This document shows, one piece after another, positions 8,707 through 18,856 of a DNA stretch of 64,000 nt. Positions within the stretch are counted from its first letter, which is position 1. Each line of letters opens with the position of its first letter. The translations under genes were made by a program, and so were the position numbers. The notes under the pieces were generated by a model. That model had not been told where the DNA came from, searched no databases, and was given only the letters and a program-made list of their open reading frames with translations. Source of the stretch: Planctomycetota bacterium. GTDB taxonomy: Bacteria > Planctomycetota > Planctomycetia > Planctomycetales > Planctomycetaceae. The stretch covers positions 2,295 through 66,294 of the forward strand of contig JBKDRW010000597.1 of NCBI GenBank assembly GCA_046341255.1, in the 5' to 3' direction.

Positions 8707-10032
8707 ATGCCATCCCGCCGTCAGCTTGCCTGCTCCATCACTGCCGCGATCGTTTCAACTGTCCTGATCGAAAACGCGATCGTCGCCTCAGATCGACTCA
8801 ACTGGCCTGTGCGAACAGGGCCGACCATGAACTGGATTGCCGGCGAATCAGATGCGATGGGTGTGCCGACGGAGTGGTCGGAAGAGCCGAGCAGGAATCT
8901 TACATGGAAGATGGATCTCGAAGGCTTTGGACATTCAACGCCGATCATCGGATTCGGAAAGATCTGGCTGACTGCGGCAACGGAAGACGGCAGACAGCAA
9001 TTCATATATTGCATTGATCAGAAGGCCGGCAAGGTATTGCATCACAAGCTGCTGTTTGAGAATCCCGAACCAGAACCGCTGAACAACAAGGTCAATACTT
9101 ACGCATCACCGTCCTGTGCTTTGGAGAAGGATGCCGTGTATGTTCATTTTGGATCGTACGGCACGGCACGGTTGCATCCTGAGACCCTGCAGGTGGTCTG
9201 GGAACGACGCGACATCCAGTGCCGTCACTACCGTGGACCAGGTTCATCGCCGTTGCTGTTTGAGAATAACTTATTGTTAACCTTCGATGGCATTGATGCT
9301 CAATTCGTCATGGCGTTGAACAAGGAGACGGGTGAAACAGTCTGGAAAACGAATCGCACCACGGACTACGGTGATCTTGATGAGAACGGCCAGCCGAAGC
9401 TGGAAGGTGACCTTCGTAAGGCCTACGGAACGCCGGGGCTGGTCGATGTCGGCGGTCGCATGTGTCTGATTTCGATCGGATCGCGAGCCGCGTTTGCCTA
9501 CGACGCGAGGACGGGCGAAGAACTCTGGACCATTCGCCATGATGACTTCAATGCGTCGTCGCCGCCGGTGTTCCTTGGAAATCACGCCATCATCAATACC
9601 GGAAGCCGCGCATCCAACCTGGTCAGCGTTCGTCTGGATGAGACAACTCGTGGAGACGTGTCCGGGTCGCACGTCGTCTGGAATCGCGACAAGGGCAACT
9701 CAGACCTCAGCGCGCCAATTCTGATCGGTGATCGAATCTTCAGTGTGCTGAACAATGGAGTCGTCAACTGCGTGAACGCGAAAGACGGTGCCGAAGTCTG
9801 GAAGGACCGCATCGAAGGCACGTTCACCGCGTCACCAGTTTCGGCAAATGGTCTGATCTACTTCAGCAACGAAGAAGGCGACACGTTCGTTGTTCGCGCG
9901 GCGGATTCGTTCGAACTTGTTGGCAAAGGCAAGCTGAGCGAAGGCATGCGAGCCACGCCGTCCATCGCCGATGGCCATTTGTTCCTGCGGACGTTTACGA
10001 AGCTGTACTGCATCGGCACACCGGCGAAGTAG
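8707..10032 (+). CDS. secreted PQQ-like beta-propeller repeat protein (paralog of 4379..5692)
   Basis: It has an N-terminal signal and a WP.R.GP entry motif. Blade motifs are AGKVLHH, LQVVWE, TGETVWK, TGEELWT and GAEVWK. The C-terminal LFLRT...LYCIG is shared with the other copy (IYNR...LYCIGE). Confidence 0.8.
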   Translation: MPSRRQLACSITAAIVSTVLIENAIVASDRLNWPVRTGPTMNWIAGESDAMGVPTEWSEEPSRNLTWKMDLEGFGHSTPIIGFGKIWLTAATEDGRQQFIYCIDQKAGKVLHHKLLFENPEPEPLNNKVNTYASPSCALEKDAVYVHFGSYGTARLHPETLQVVWERRDIQCRHYRGPGSSPLLFENNLLLTFDGIDAQFVMALNKETGETVWKTNRTTDYGDLDENGQPKLEGDLRKAYGTPGLVDVGGRMCLISIGSRAAFAYDARTGEELWTIRHDDFNASSPPVFLGNHAIINTGSRASNLVSVRLDETTRGDVSGSHVVWNRDKGNSDLSAPILIGDRIFSVLNNGVVNCVNAKDGAEVWKDRIEGTFTASPVSANGLIYFSNEEGDTFVVRAADSFELVGKGKLSEGMRATPSIADGHLFLRTFTKLYCIGTPAK

Positions 10033-10122
10033 CAAGAAATCCTGTAGGTTGGACATTCCTGTCCGACGATCCAGCCGCGATGCTCGGTCCGGCTTACTCT
10101 GCCCTAAAGCGAATCGCAACCA

Positions 10123-11697
10123 TCACTCGGCAACGCGTCGCAATTTCAATTCGTGGAACCAGAGATCGTCGTTCGGAACATCCAGCCGCAGATCCTGGAA
10201 TGTGCCCTGAGCATCCGGGACGAACTGAATCGTTCCCTCGCGGAACCATGCGAAGTCGGTTCGCCAGCGGATCACGAACGTGTCGAGCTGCAAATGAGTC
10301 AGATCAGCAACCAGCTCTTTGTTCGGCAGTAGTCGAAGCACCAGCTTGCTGTCTTCCAGAGTCACCGTCGCATCGCCGTACATCGGACATCGGAACTTGC
10401 CGGTGTATGCTTCCAGAGAACGTGATGGCTGAGTGCCTTCGATCGTCGGAGTGATCGCCCTCTGAATGCGATCGTAAAAGGCCTGGCGACCGCTCACGTC
10501 GCGTTCAAGGCCGGTCGTCAACCACTCCGTGGCATCGCCGCCCAGATATTGATCCGCAATCGTGTTACACAACGCGCCGGAGATGCCTGTCATGCTGTTG
10601 GTCAGTACGACGATCCCAAGGTTCTCATCGGGAACCAGCATCACCTGCGAGTACATGCCGTCATAACCGCCGCCGTGCTGAGCCACCATGCGGCCCTTGT
10701 AGTCGCTCAGCATCCAGCCAAGGCCATACGATCGAAAATGGGTCGACGGATTGCGCTTCCGAGCCGCTTCACTGACTGCGATCGGCGTATGAGGCGTCCA
10801 CATGCGATTCGAAGACGCTTCAGAGAACAGACGTTTGTCGCCTTCAATACGACCTCGGTCCAGCTGAATGCGAATCCATTTGGCCATGTCATCTGAGCAA
10901 GAGATGACTCCGCCAGCTGCGGCCATCGTGTCCCAGTTAACCCACGGAATGGGAGTCACGTTTTCCGTCGTCGGTTTGTGAGGCGATGCGGCGTTGCCTC
11001 GATCTTTCAGTTGATTCGTGGACGTGATCGATCGCGTCATGCCTGCCGGAGCAAAGATTCGTTCTTCAATGAAGGCCTGCCATGTTTTGCCGGATGAGGA
11101 TCTAATCACTTCTCCAGCCGCCAGAAACATCAGGTTCGAATAGCCGTAGCTCGATCGAAACGGACCTTCCGGAGTCAGATGTTTTGTTCGTCGCAGAACC
11201 TCTTCCGGCGAATACGGCGTGCCCCACCACAACAGATCGCCGCTGAATGTGCCGAGTCCGCTGCGATGACACAGCAGGTCATCAACTCGAATCTCAGCCG
11301 ACACCCATGGATCGTAAAGCTGCATCCACGGCAGATGCGTTTGGACTCGATCATCCAGCTTCAGTTTGCCTTCCTCCTGCAGCATCAAAATCGCTGCCGC
11401 GGTGAATGCTTTGGAGTTCGACGCAATGGCAAACAGAGTCTCGCCGTTCACAGCTTCCGGCTTGCCGAGTTCTCGCACGCCGTAACCCTTCGACAGCAAG
11501 ACCTTGCCGTCCTTCACAATCGCCACCGACAACCCCGGCACGTTCCACTTCGCTCGGGACTCTTCGATCAGAGCATCGATAGCGGCGATATCGACAGCCG
11601 CAGCAACCGGCGTCGCAACACTCTCCTGCGCCACGGTTAACGGAGCAGAAACAACAGATGTCAGCACAAGAAGGAGGAATAGTCGAAAGACGGTCAT
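10123..11697 (-). CDS. serine hydrolase of the class C beta-lactamase / PBP family
   Basis: Start taken at ATG 11697 (MTVFRLFLLLVLTSVVSAPLTVAQ signal). The SxxK motif is ASNSKAF, the YxN motif is YGYSNLM, and an HGG motif is present (AQHGGGYDG). Confidence 0.8.
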   Translation of the reverse strand: MTVFRLFLLLVLTSVVSAPLTVAQESVATPVAAAVDIAAIDALIEESRAKWNVPGLSVAIVKDGKVLLSKGYGVRELGKPEAVNGETLFAIASNSKAFTAAAILMLQEEGKLKLDDRVQTHLPWMQLYDPWVSAEIRVDDLLCHRSGLGTFSGDLLWWGTPYSPEEVLRRTKHLTPEGPFRSSYGYSNLMFLAAGEVIRSSSGKTWQAFIEERIFAPAGMTRSITSTNQLKDRGNAASPHKPTTENVTPIPWVNWDTMAAAGGVISCSDDMAKWIRIQLDRGRIEGDKRLFSEASSNRMWTPHTPIAVSEAARKRNPSTHFRSYGLGWMLSDYKGRMVAQHGGGYDGMYSQVMLVPDENLGIVVLTNSMTGISGALCNTIADQYLGGDATEWLTTGLERDVSGRQAFYDRIQRAITPTIEGTQPSRSLEAYTGKFRCPMYGDATVTLEDSKLVLRLLPNKELVADLTHLQLDTFVIRWRTDFAWFREGTIQFVPDAQGTFQDLRLDVPNDDLWFHELKLRRVAE

Positions 11698-11786
11698 GAT
11701 GGCCCTTGAGGTGTCTTTTGGGAAAGAGGATTGGTTCGAAGTTGGATGGCTTATTGTGGGATGCGAATGTTGCGGCGACACATGGT

Positions 11787-11855
11787 CCCCTCTCCCTCGG
11801 TGAGTGCTCCGTCAAGCTGTTCCGCTTTCCACGGGGAAAGGGCGAGGGTGAGGGG
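11787..11855. repeat. GC-rich imperfect inverted repeat (nested hairpin)
   Basis: cccctctccctcg (11787-11799) pairs with cgagggtgagggg (11843-11855) with one G-T position. An inner hairpin ctttcc-acgg-ggaaag is nested inside. It is intergenic, just upstream of the serine hydrolase gene. Confidence 0.5.
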
Positions 11856-12321
11856 TTATCAATCACGATTGACGTTCAACGCTCTTCTTCTGGCCAGCCA
11901 CCGACTTTAGTAAGAAACGGGCAGTCGGACGCCGTCAATTTCCATAAGATCGCGCACAAGAGTTCTCACGAACTCTGCGACGCCTGCGTTATTCCGAAAC
12001 TGAAATGCTCGCCTTGATGTGCTTCAGGTGTGCGACGATGGTGAAGGTCATGATGACAAGCAGCGACCACGACGTCCACTTTCCGACATAAACGGCGGCC
12101 CTGCTCTCATGAGAACAGGAGATCGTCAGACTGGAAAAACCGCGAGGGAGTTTTGAGCCGGCTGAATCAGGAAGCCGATCATCACGCAAGACCGCAGACA
12201 TCGCCGACCGCGATCCCGATTCCGAAGACAAGGTGTGCGCGGAACCTCTGGTCCGTCTAACAAACTCCGAGAGAGGGACTCGTACCCTGATCGTCTGCAT
12301 CTCCGGCAAACAAAGCTTTGG

Positions 12322-15297
12322 TCATCTCTGCTCTGCGGCATCGATGGGGACATTGCAGAAGGTGAGCGCAGCGATGCCAGTTGCGCCGGTCAGTAAAAGA
12401 TCCTGGTTCCACGCTTTTTCCTTCAGGTAGGTAATCTTCGTGGCAGCGGAAGGCTCTTTGAGTCGGAGAGTCAGCACCGTGCCCTGCACATGACCTGAAA
12501 GGACTTTCCCCTGCTCGCTGTCGAGATAGAACTGACTGACGAGCTTGTCATCCCAGACGATCGGCTGATCAAAGTCCAGCAGGATGGAGTCGCGAGCGGC
12601 ATTAAAAGAAACGGATTGGAGGTTTGGGGGAGAGATGGCTCCTGCAGGCAATTTGCCGTAATGATCCCGCTCGATCAGCGGCTGAATTGTACGTGCAAAT
12701 TCAGCCCAGCCGACCAATGGGAAATGGCAACCCCCCGGAGGCCGTATGCCGAGCGTTGACATAATGCTCATCTTGGAAAACAAGTGAGGGAGCGTGCGCT
12801 GTTTCTCACGCAGCATGTCACCGGAACCGAAGTTTCCACCCATCGCGCAGGAATTGGGCCAGATCTGGAATACATAATAGTGCTGCACATTGGGAAAGTC
12901 CTGCTTCCAGCCAGCAGCCATTTCGACGAAGAAATGATGATATGTTTCCCAACCGTAGCCGCCGGTCGGGCCATCGGCTCCCTGGTCATTTTCACCCTGA
13001 TGCCACAGAATGCCGCGAATGCCATGTGTCAGTTTTGCCTTTTGGACGCGCCACAGCATGCGTCCATAAATCGTTGCGAGATCGGTCGGATCAGCATGGT
13101 TGCGTTGATGCATGTCGATGCGAGTTCCGCCGACGGCACCATTGATCATGAAAATGGGGATTTTCTGGCTGTCAACGAGCCGCTTCGCGAGCTCCATGCC
13201 CCACCAGCCAAGTTCCGCTTTTTCCCCCTGCTGCGCCTTCCATACGGGAAGCACCCATAGGTTGCCCACGTTGTCGTCCGGGTTCTGCGAAGGCCGCGCA
13301 TAACTGCGAATCCACTCATGGGTTTCCGCCGGCGATTTCTCGTCTGTATCGGTTGCCAGTGCGTTTGACTGGCCATCGATCAGATAAGCATCGCCGCAAA
13401 CGAGGTTGCTGACGGTATCCAGCACGTGATCGGTGCCGGTCCCAAATTCCACTTGATATTTGATCAGCCCAGGCTTCAGCTTGACGGTCAATGCGTAATT
13501 CTTATCCGGCGTTGGTTTGGCAGTGGCCGTTTGAATGAGTTTGTCGTCGGCGTACAGCTTCAGGAACACGGAATCCGCCGCTTCAGTCAACGTCCCGTTG
13601 TAGTGGAGCGTACCTTCGTTCTTGTCATCACGGGCATAGAATTGTCCTTCTTCCGGCTTTTCATCCAGAGCCGGAATGCGTTCGACCCACGGATCTGTCT
13701 CAGGTTCCGTCACGTCGATTTCCACGGATTGTGACACAGGCATGCCACCATTGCTGATGGTCGCGGTGACTGTCAGCCTGCCACTGTTCTGGGAGCCTTT
13801 CAGAACAAGTTTGCCCGGTTTGACTTCCTTGATCACTGCAAATGGTCCCGCACTCCACTCGGTCTTCAAAATGCCCGCGTTCCTGGCTTGCATGGCCCCG
13901 AGATTCGACACCTGCGGAACCACCTCAATGGTCGCTCGGCCGTCCCACTGCTTTGGGGCGTCGAGCGTGAAAACGGGCTCCTGAATCGCTTCCTTTACGG
14001 AGATCGCAACGTCCCTTGTTTTTACTCCATCAGCAAACACGGCCTTACATTGCAACGAGACGATCTGATCATCAGTGACACGCCCCGCATCAAAGGCGAA
14101 TTTCAATTGATCGACTGCCGCAATAGTTTCCTGTCCCTCACGCTTCAGGATCCAATAGATCTTCTGCGCGCCACCAGCCTGCAGTGCAAAAGTTACCTTC
14201 TCGTTCTCAGCGACTGTCGCACTCGCGGGTGAGACCGTGAATGCGGTACCTGATGGCACCACCGGACCGACCAGAGTCTGCAAGGCCTTTTGATTTTCAT
14301 ACTGCAACTTCACCCAATGCGGCGATCTCATAACCTTCGACAGTCGCACTTCGTCAATGTCACCAGCGAAGTCATAATGATTGTACCAGCCGCCGATATA
14401 AAACCGCGCAGGCGTTTTAATGGCCAGCGGGGCGTCTGGCGTCTGAGACACGTTGCTCAGTTCGCCATTGACATAAATTCGCGAATCGCCCTTCTGATAG
14501 GTATGCACGACATGAATCCACTCGTTCATGGGAAGACGACTGAGGCTATCGACATTCGCACCAGAGAAATAGCACTCCATGCTGATCCTCGGCGGACTGA
14601 CAAAGTGCATGATCACTTTTCCCTGCCCATGTTCATTGCCCCATGCCAACGCGCGACCATTGGTCTTCTCCGCTCGCAACCACGCCTCTGTGCTATGAGA
14701 ACTCGATCCGACGGGAAGGTTCGCGATCGTCTCTCCGCAAAAAACACCCTGACCACCGGCGAGATGCCGCGCCCGTCCGATCATTCCCTGAATCGCCGTG
14801 GTGCCGACGTTCGTGGTCTCGACCGACCCCACTTCATCTGACAGGCTTTCACCCATATGCAGAACACTCTGATACCCGTTGGCTTCATTGAATACGGCTT
14901 TGCCGTTCGATTCACTTTGGGCATTTGGCTGCCCCCAGTGAATCTTGATTTCCTGCCGCGAGTGACCCTGAATTTTGGGGATCCTCACCCAGAGACTCGC
15001 CGTTCCTGCGGCCGCATCCCACTGCTCGATTTGATACGCCAAGGCGATTCCCTGTGCGGAAAATCGGATATCCTCTCCGTTCGGGGCGGCTGCGGAAAAG
15101 TTGAAGAAGTCCTTGTGCAGTCGCACAAGCAGCGGGAAGTTCTCAACGCTTGCGTCGGTCGGCAGGTTTGCCCCATCGGGCGTGGTGTTCAGATAGATCG
15201 ACCCGGTTTCTTTCCAATCCGCATATTGCGCTGAGGCTGTCTGTAACTGAAAGGTCAGTGCCGCCAACGCGGTGATCAGCGTGTGGATCAGGTTCAT
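12322..15297 (-). CDS. multidomain secreted protein: DUF2341 / LamG-like lectin, Ig-like modules, sialate O-acetylesterase-type SGNH hydrolase
   Basis: Signal peptide MNLIHTLITALAALTFQLQTASA. DUF2341-like region (FPLLVRLHKDFFNFS...GEDIRF...IEQWD...LWVRIP). LamG-like region (F.GDIDEVRLSKVMRSPHWVKLQYENQ). Esterase motifs are LIDGQSNA and GILWHQGENDQG. Confidence 0.75.
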   Translation of the reverse strand: MNLIHTLITALAALTFQLQTASAQYADWKETGSIYLNTTPDGANLPTDASVENFPLLVRLHKDFFNFSAAAPNGEDIRFSAQGIALAYQIEQWDAAAGTASLWVRIPKIQGHSRQEIKIHWGQPNAQSESNGKAVFNEANGYQSVLHMGESLSDEVGSVETTNVGTTAIQGMIGRARHLAGGQGVFCGETIANLPVGSSSHSTEAWLRAEKTNGRALAWGNEHGQGKVIMHFVSPPRISMECYFSGANVDSLSRLPMNEWIHVVHTYQKGDSRIYVNGELSNVSQTPDAPLAIKTPARFYIGGWYNHYDFAGDIDEVRLSKVMRSPHWVKLQYENQKALQTLVGPVVPSGTAFTVSPASATVAENEKVTFALQAGGAQKIYWILKREGQETIAAVDQLKFAFDAGRVTDDQIVSLQCKAVFADGVKTRDVAISVKEAIQEPVFTLDAPKQWDGRATIEVVPQVSNLGAMQARNAGILKTEWSAGPFAVIKEVKPGKLVLKGSQNSGRLTVTATISNGGMPVSQSVEIDVTEPETDPWVERIPALDEKPEEGQFYARDDKNEGTLHYNGTLTEAADSVFLKLYADDKLIQTATAKPTPDKNYALTVKLKPGLIKYQVEFGTGTDHVLDTVSNLVCGDAYLIDGQSNALATDTDEKSPAETHEWIRSYARPSQNPDDNVGNLWVLPVWKAQQGEKAELGWWGMELAKRLVDSQKIPIFMINGAVGGTRIDMHQRNHADPTDLATIYGRMLWRVQKAKLTHGIRGILWHQGENDQGADGPTGGYGWETYHHFFVEMAAGWKQDFPNVQHYYVFQIWPNSCAMGGNFGSGDMLREKQRTLPHLFSKMSIMSTLGIRPPGGCHFPLVGWAEFARTIQPLIERDHYGKLPAGAISPPNLQSVSFNAARDSILLDFDQPIVWDDKLVSQFYLDSEQGKVLSGHVQGTVLTLRLKEPSAATKITYLKEKAWNQDLLLTGATGIAALTFCNVPIDAAEQR

Positions 15298-16105
15298 GGT
15301 GTTTTCCTGTGGATGCGGCGATGTTCTGATCCAGAGTCTATTTCGGAATCGGAAAGAAAGATATTTTAACAGAATGTCTTTTCAGGCTGAGTCCAATTGA
15401 AGGGACTGTTTCAGAGAACGGGCCGTCCCCGCGGAACCTCAGCGAGTTTTTCCGGCGCGTGTGGGATGCTGATTGCCGCAGCGAGGCCCGAGATGCCAAA
15501 GCCCTCGAAGTCTTCTGCAGGAGCAGGGCTGACACATCTGGCCCCGCGAGGATTCAAGGCTCATTGATCGTTGCCGGAACCGTGCTCAGTGACAAAACGA
15601 GCAACTCCCCTCCATTTGCAGTCATGGTCGCGGCAACCGTTTGCTGAGGAGAATTCAGAGAGTGACGTTCGTGATGCCGGCTGGTCTCTTGACGCGAAAG
15701 ACGAACTGAATTCGATCACTTTGAATGTCGCGGCCGGAGATTCATTCCTCGTCATCTCCTAATGACCAGTCCGAGTCGGTGTTTCCGTGCGAAGGTTCGC
15801 CAGACACGTACTCCGAGCGAGAAAATCCTCAGCGAGGTAATGCCGACGACCAGACCAGTTCGCGCAACCGCCAATGTGGTCGCAGCATCAATAAAACGTG
15901 CAGAGATGCTTCAGCATCATCGGTGCCATGCCGGGAGCCCCTGACCGCCTGCACGACGGTTGACGCAACTCACTGGTCGCAAGGTTGCACCACGACGCCC
16001 TTCTGCAACGACGCCTCGAAACGGGACCCTCGTGAGATGAAGGCTTTTTTCCCAAACGCCGATGCCGGCTTTTCCCGCGCACGGAACGAACTCGGCACAG
16101 GTCGG

Positions 16106-17161
16106 TTAATCACCCTCGCTGCGGGATCCGAATGCTCGCCAGGCTCCGGTATCGATTTCGGATGATACAAATCGAACCGATCCATCGAGCATCAGAAGGC
16201 TGACCGTCCCGTCCCGGTGCAAGCTTCGAGCGCCCACTGCACCCCAGTCTGCGACCATCAGACCTGCCGCTGGCCAGGATTCTGCCGCGAACCGATCCAG
16301 AACACAATCCGGAATGGCCGTGTTTGGCGTCAGTACATGATTGTATCCTGTATAAAGATAACTGTCTTTCACAAAATTATGCCCAGCAGACGAAGCATAG
16401 TACACGGGCGGTGCACTCAGCGCCGCTCGGCATAGCTCGACGGTCTCGTCAGCGGCTCGTTGCTCGGGATCGAATCCAAGAGACATCGCGTTCGTCATCC
16501 AGATGTCCCGCTTCGAGTCGTAAGCAGTGCGTGTCATCTGAGAAATCGTCCGTTCGCTCATGGCTGCCGTATTCGATAAGCCATCGCTGATGGAGGACAG
16601 TGCAATCGGTGTCAGTGAACTGACACCAGCAAGTGCTCCCTTTCCTCGTGCCAATTCACCTTCAGCCCCGGCTTCGTCAAAAAAGCCAACATTACTGCCG
16701 GTACAGGCTCGATAATTGACCCCTGTCGCAATGCTTTCTGAAGGACAATGAAACGCAGGTAATTCGATTGTTGACCCAAGGTGCAGGACCTGCATTTCCG
16801 GTTCTTTATCAATTCGTTCGAACAGAGCGGCCTGCTCCAGAAATGGAAGGAGCTGGACCTGCGGAGATCGCCAGGGCGTGGAGTTGCCGGTCCTGGGATC
16901 AAAGATCGTTCCAACGGGAAGGTGGCGGTATGACTGCTCAAACTGGTGCAGCGCCAGCCCGAACTGGCGAATTCGATTTTGGCAGTCAACTCGGCGAGCC
17001 GTGTCTCGCGCGGCAATCACTGCGGGAACGAGTAGTGCCAACAGGATTCCGACAACGGAAATGCTGACAAGCAGCTCAATCAATGAAATGCCTGATCGCA
17101 CGTTCCGACCGGCGCTCTGTCGTCGTTCGGAACCAACGCTCAGGTCAGGTTCACAGCGCAT
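16106..17161 (-). CDS. DUF1559 family protein with type IV pilin-like N-terminus
   Basis: The start SGISLIELLVSISVVGILLALLVPAVIAARDTARRVDCQNRIRQFGLALHQFEQSYRHLPVG is family-typical. The C-terminal LLMLDGSVRFVSSEID is also typical. Confidence 0.85.
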   Translation of the reverse strand: MRCEPDLSVGSERRQSAGRNVRSGISLIELLVSISVVGILLALLVPAVIAARDTARRVDCQNRIRQFGLALHQFEQSYRHLPVGTIFDPRTGNSTPWRSPQVQLLPFLEQAALFERIDKEPEMQVLHLGSTIELPAFHCPSESIATGVNYRACTGSNVGFFDEAGAEGELARGKGALAGVSSLTPIALSSISDGLSNTAAMSERTISQMTRTAYDSKRDIWMTNAMSLGFDPEQRAADETVELCRAALSAPPVYYASSAGHNFVKDSYLYTGYNHVLTPNTAIPDCVLDRFAAESWPAAGLMVADWGAVGARSLHRDGTVSLLMLDGSVRFVSSEIDTGAWRAFGSRSEGD

Positions 17162-17226
17162 CGGAATAGATCCTTGTGCAATTCGGAAATCGCGTCAGTC
17201 TTTCAGCCACACCTTATCATCGCGCC

Positions 17227-18228
17227 CTATGGTGCGACAAGCCCGCTCATTCCAAAGACGCACTGCTTCCGACGCCCATCTGAAAGCATAAGATCAATAG
17301 GTACTTCGATGTGAAATGGGCCTGTATCTCGCGGAGTTTCAACATGCAGTTCGCAGGAAATAAGACCTGGTTTAATCACAGACTGATTCAGATGATACCT
17401 GCCGGTTGAAACAATCGTGACACCTGGGTCCTCGGACCGCAGTAGGAATTTCTGCTTCCACGAACTTCCGCCAATGACCTTACTGCGAAATGCGCCCTTC
17501 GGTTCCAGCGACACCTCATCCTGTGAGACCCAGTCGATGGGCACTAGAATGGTGCCGATGGGGTCTCGACAGGTCAGCCGGACTGATCCTCGCGAATCAC
17601 CTGGGGAATTTTGAGGAGTGACTGTGACCAGAATTTTTGTCCTGTCACCCTCGTCGATCCTTTGGATTGTACACTCTCTTGACGGGACAACCTCGGCATT
17701 CAGGAGCCAGTCACTGATAGCCGTTCGATCAGGGGTTGTGACACTCAAGGCAAGGGTTTTCGCCGTGCCACAGGTGAGTCGCCCAAAGGACAGCGATTGC
17801 GGTGACACGTCGACGGTGCTGCCCCCAACCCAGCGAATTTCACCAGTCGCGCTATAGACAGAATCGCTGGTTTCCACTCGCAGTCGCGAGGCCTTCTGAC
17901 CCAACTCACGAATTTTGACTGCAGCAGCAATCATGGTTGATTCACCTGATGCAAGCACATGCTTTTCAGGTTTAGCGGCGGTACACCCGCAAGTTGTCTC
18001 GATCCGACTGATTGAAACAGCCTTCCCAGTTCTGTTGTGGAGCTGAAACGTGACGTTGACTGGAGCGGCGTGTAACTCGATCTTCCCCAGATCCATCTGC
18101 CGAGGCTCGAGGAACAGCCCTTCGTCCGGTGTTGCGACAGGCAGATCTCTGTCAGACTTTTTCGTCAGAATTGTCTCGTCGGATGGAACCGCCGTTGGGC
18201 GACATCCGACGCACATCAAAACGCCCAA
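17227..18228 (-). CDS. DUF1573 domain protein (Ig-like repeats); N-terminus probably extends to 18270 across an in-frame TGA
   Basis: DUF1573 hallmark MDLGKIE...FQLHNRTGKAVSISRIETTCGCTAA. It is homologous by eye to the C-terminal two thirds of the 1504..3162 product. The TTG start at 18228 leaves only a truncated lipoprotein-like signal (GVLMCVGC); see findings. Confidence 0.75.
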   Translation of the reverse strand: MGVLMCVGCRPTAVPSDETILTKKSDRDLPVATPDEGLFLEPRQMDLGKIELHAAPVNVTFQLHNRTGKAVSISRIETTCGCTAAKPEKHVLASGESTMIAAAVKIRELGQKASRLRVETSDSVYSATGEIRWVGGSTVDVSPQSLSFGRLTCGTAKTLALSVTTPDRTAISDWLLNAEVVPSRECTIQRIDEGDRTKILVTVTPQNSPGDSRGSVRLTCRDPIGTILVPIDWVSQDEVSLEPKGAFRSKVIGGSSWKQKFLLRSEDPGVTIVSTGRYHLNQSVIKPGLISCELHVETPRDTGPFHIEVPIDLMLSDGRRKQCVFGMSGLVAP

Positions 18229-18271
18229 AGCAAGAGCGTATCACATGAAAAGTTTTTGGAGTTCGGGCATA

Positions 18272-18856
18272 TTAAACTCCTGACTTTCGCCAAAGTTTGT
18301 TTCGGATGGTGACCACACATCCGGTGACTGCAAGCAAGACCCCGCCCCAGATGGAGCATTGTTTTCCAACGTCACGCCACCACTTGGCTGAAACGATCGT
18401 CTCTTCCGGCACCAGAGCAGTTCTTGCCAGCAGGAGTGCGTGTCCATCCCACTCCGTCAAAAAAGTCGCTGCTGGCAATGTGTAACTTTCCGGAGGATCA
18501 GAAATGGTCACCGTTTGCCCGTCGTATTTCGTGATCAAGACGAAATGTCGGCGTTTCAAATGGGCGATACACGCAAAGGGATGCTGACGGTCATTCAGTG
18601 CAGGCAATGAAGTCTGAACCGCCAGAGTGTGGAAATTCAATGCCGTTGCCTGCTCCTGCAACTGACTCAAAGAGACTCCATCCTTCTCTGCGGGCAGGCG
18701 TTTCAGCAACTCCTCGAAGGTTACGGGAACGGTTTCGTCAAGCGAATGCGCGGCGACGAAAAGGCATCTCGCGCCGCAGTCAGCCTGAGACTGTGCCCTC
18801 AAGCATTCTGCCTGAGTCATCAACACGAACAGCAGGCCAAACAATCTTCCGTTCAT
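18272..18856 (-). CDS. stand-alone secreted C39-like cysteine peptidase domain with C-terminal TM anchor
   Basis: Signal peptide MNGRLFGLLFVLMTQAECLRA. The catalytic Cys context is DCGARCLFVAAH and the His context is RRHFVLITKY. The C-terminal TM is IWGGVLLAVTGCVVTI. The start overlaps the upstream stop (TAATG). Confidence 0.75.
   Translation of the reverse strand: MNGRLFGLLFVLMTQAECLRAQSQADCGARCLFVAAHSLDETVPVTFEELLKRLPAEKDGVSLSQLQEQATALNFHTLAVQTSLPALNDRQHPFACIAHLKRRHFVLITKYDGQTVTISDPPESYTLPAATFLTEWDGHALLLARTALVPEETIVSAKWWRDVGKQCSIWGGVLLAVTGCVVTIRNKLWRKSGV

Noticed and set aside
15725-16165. 146-aa + strand ORF
   Set aside because: Low-complexity Arg/Ser/Cys composition. It overlaps the 3' end of the DUF1559 gene in antisense.
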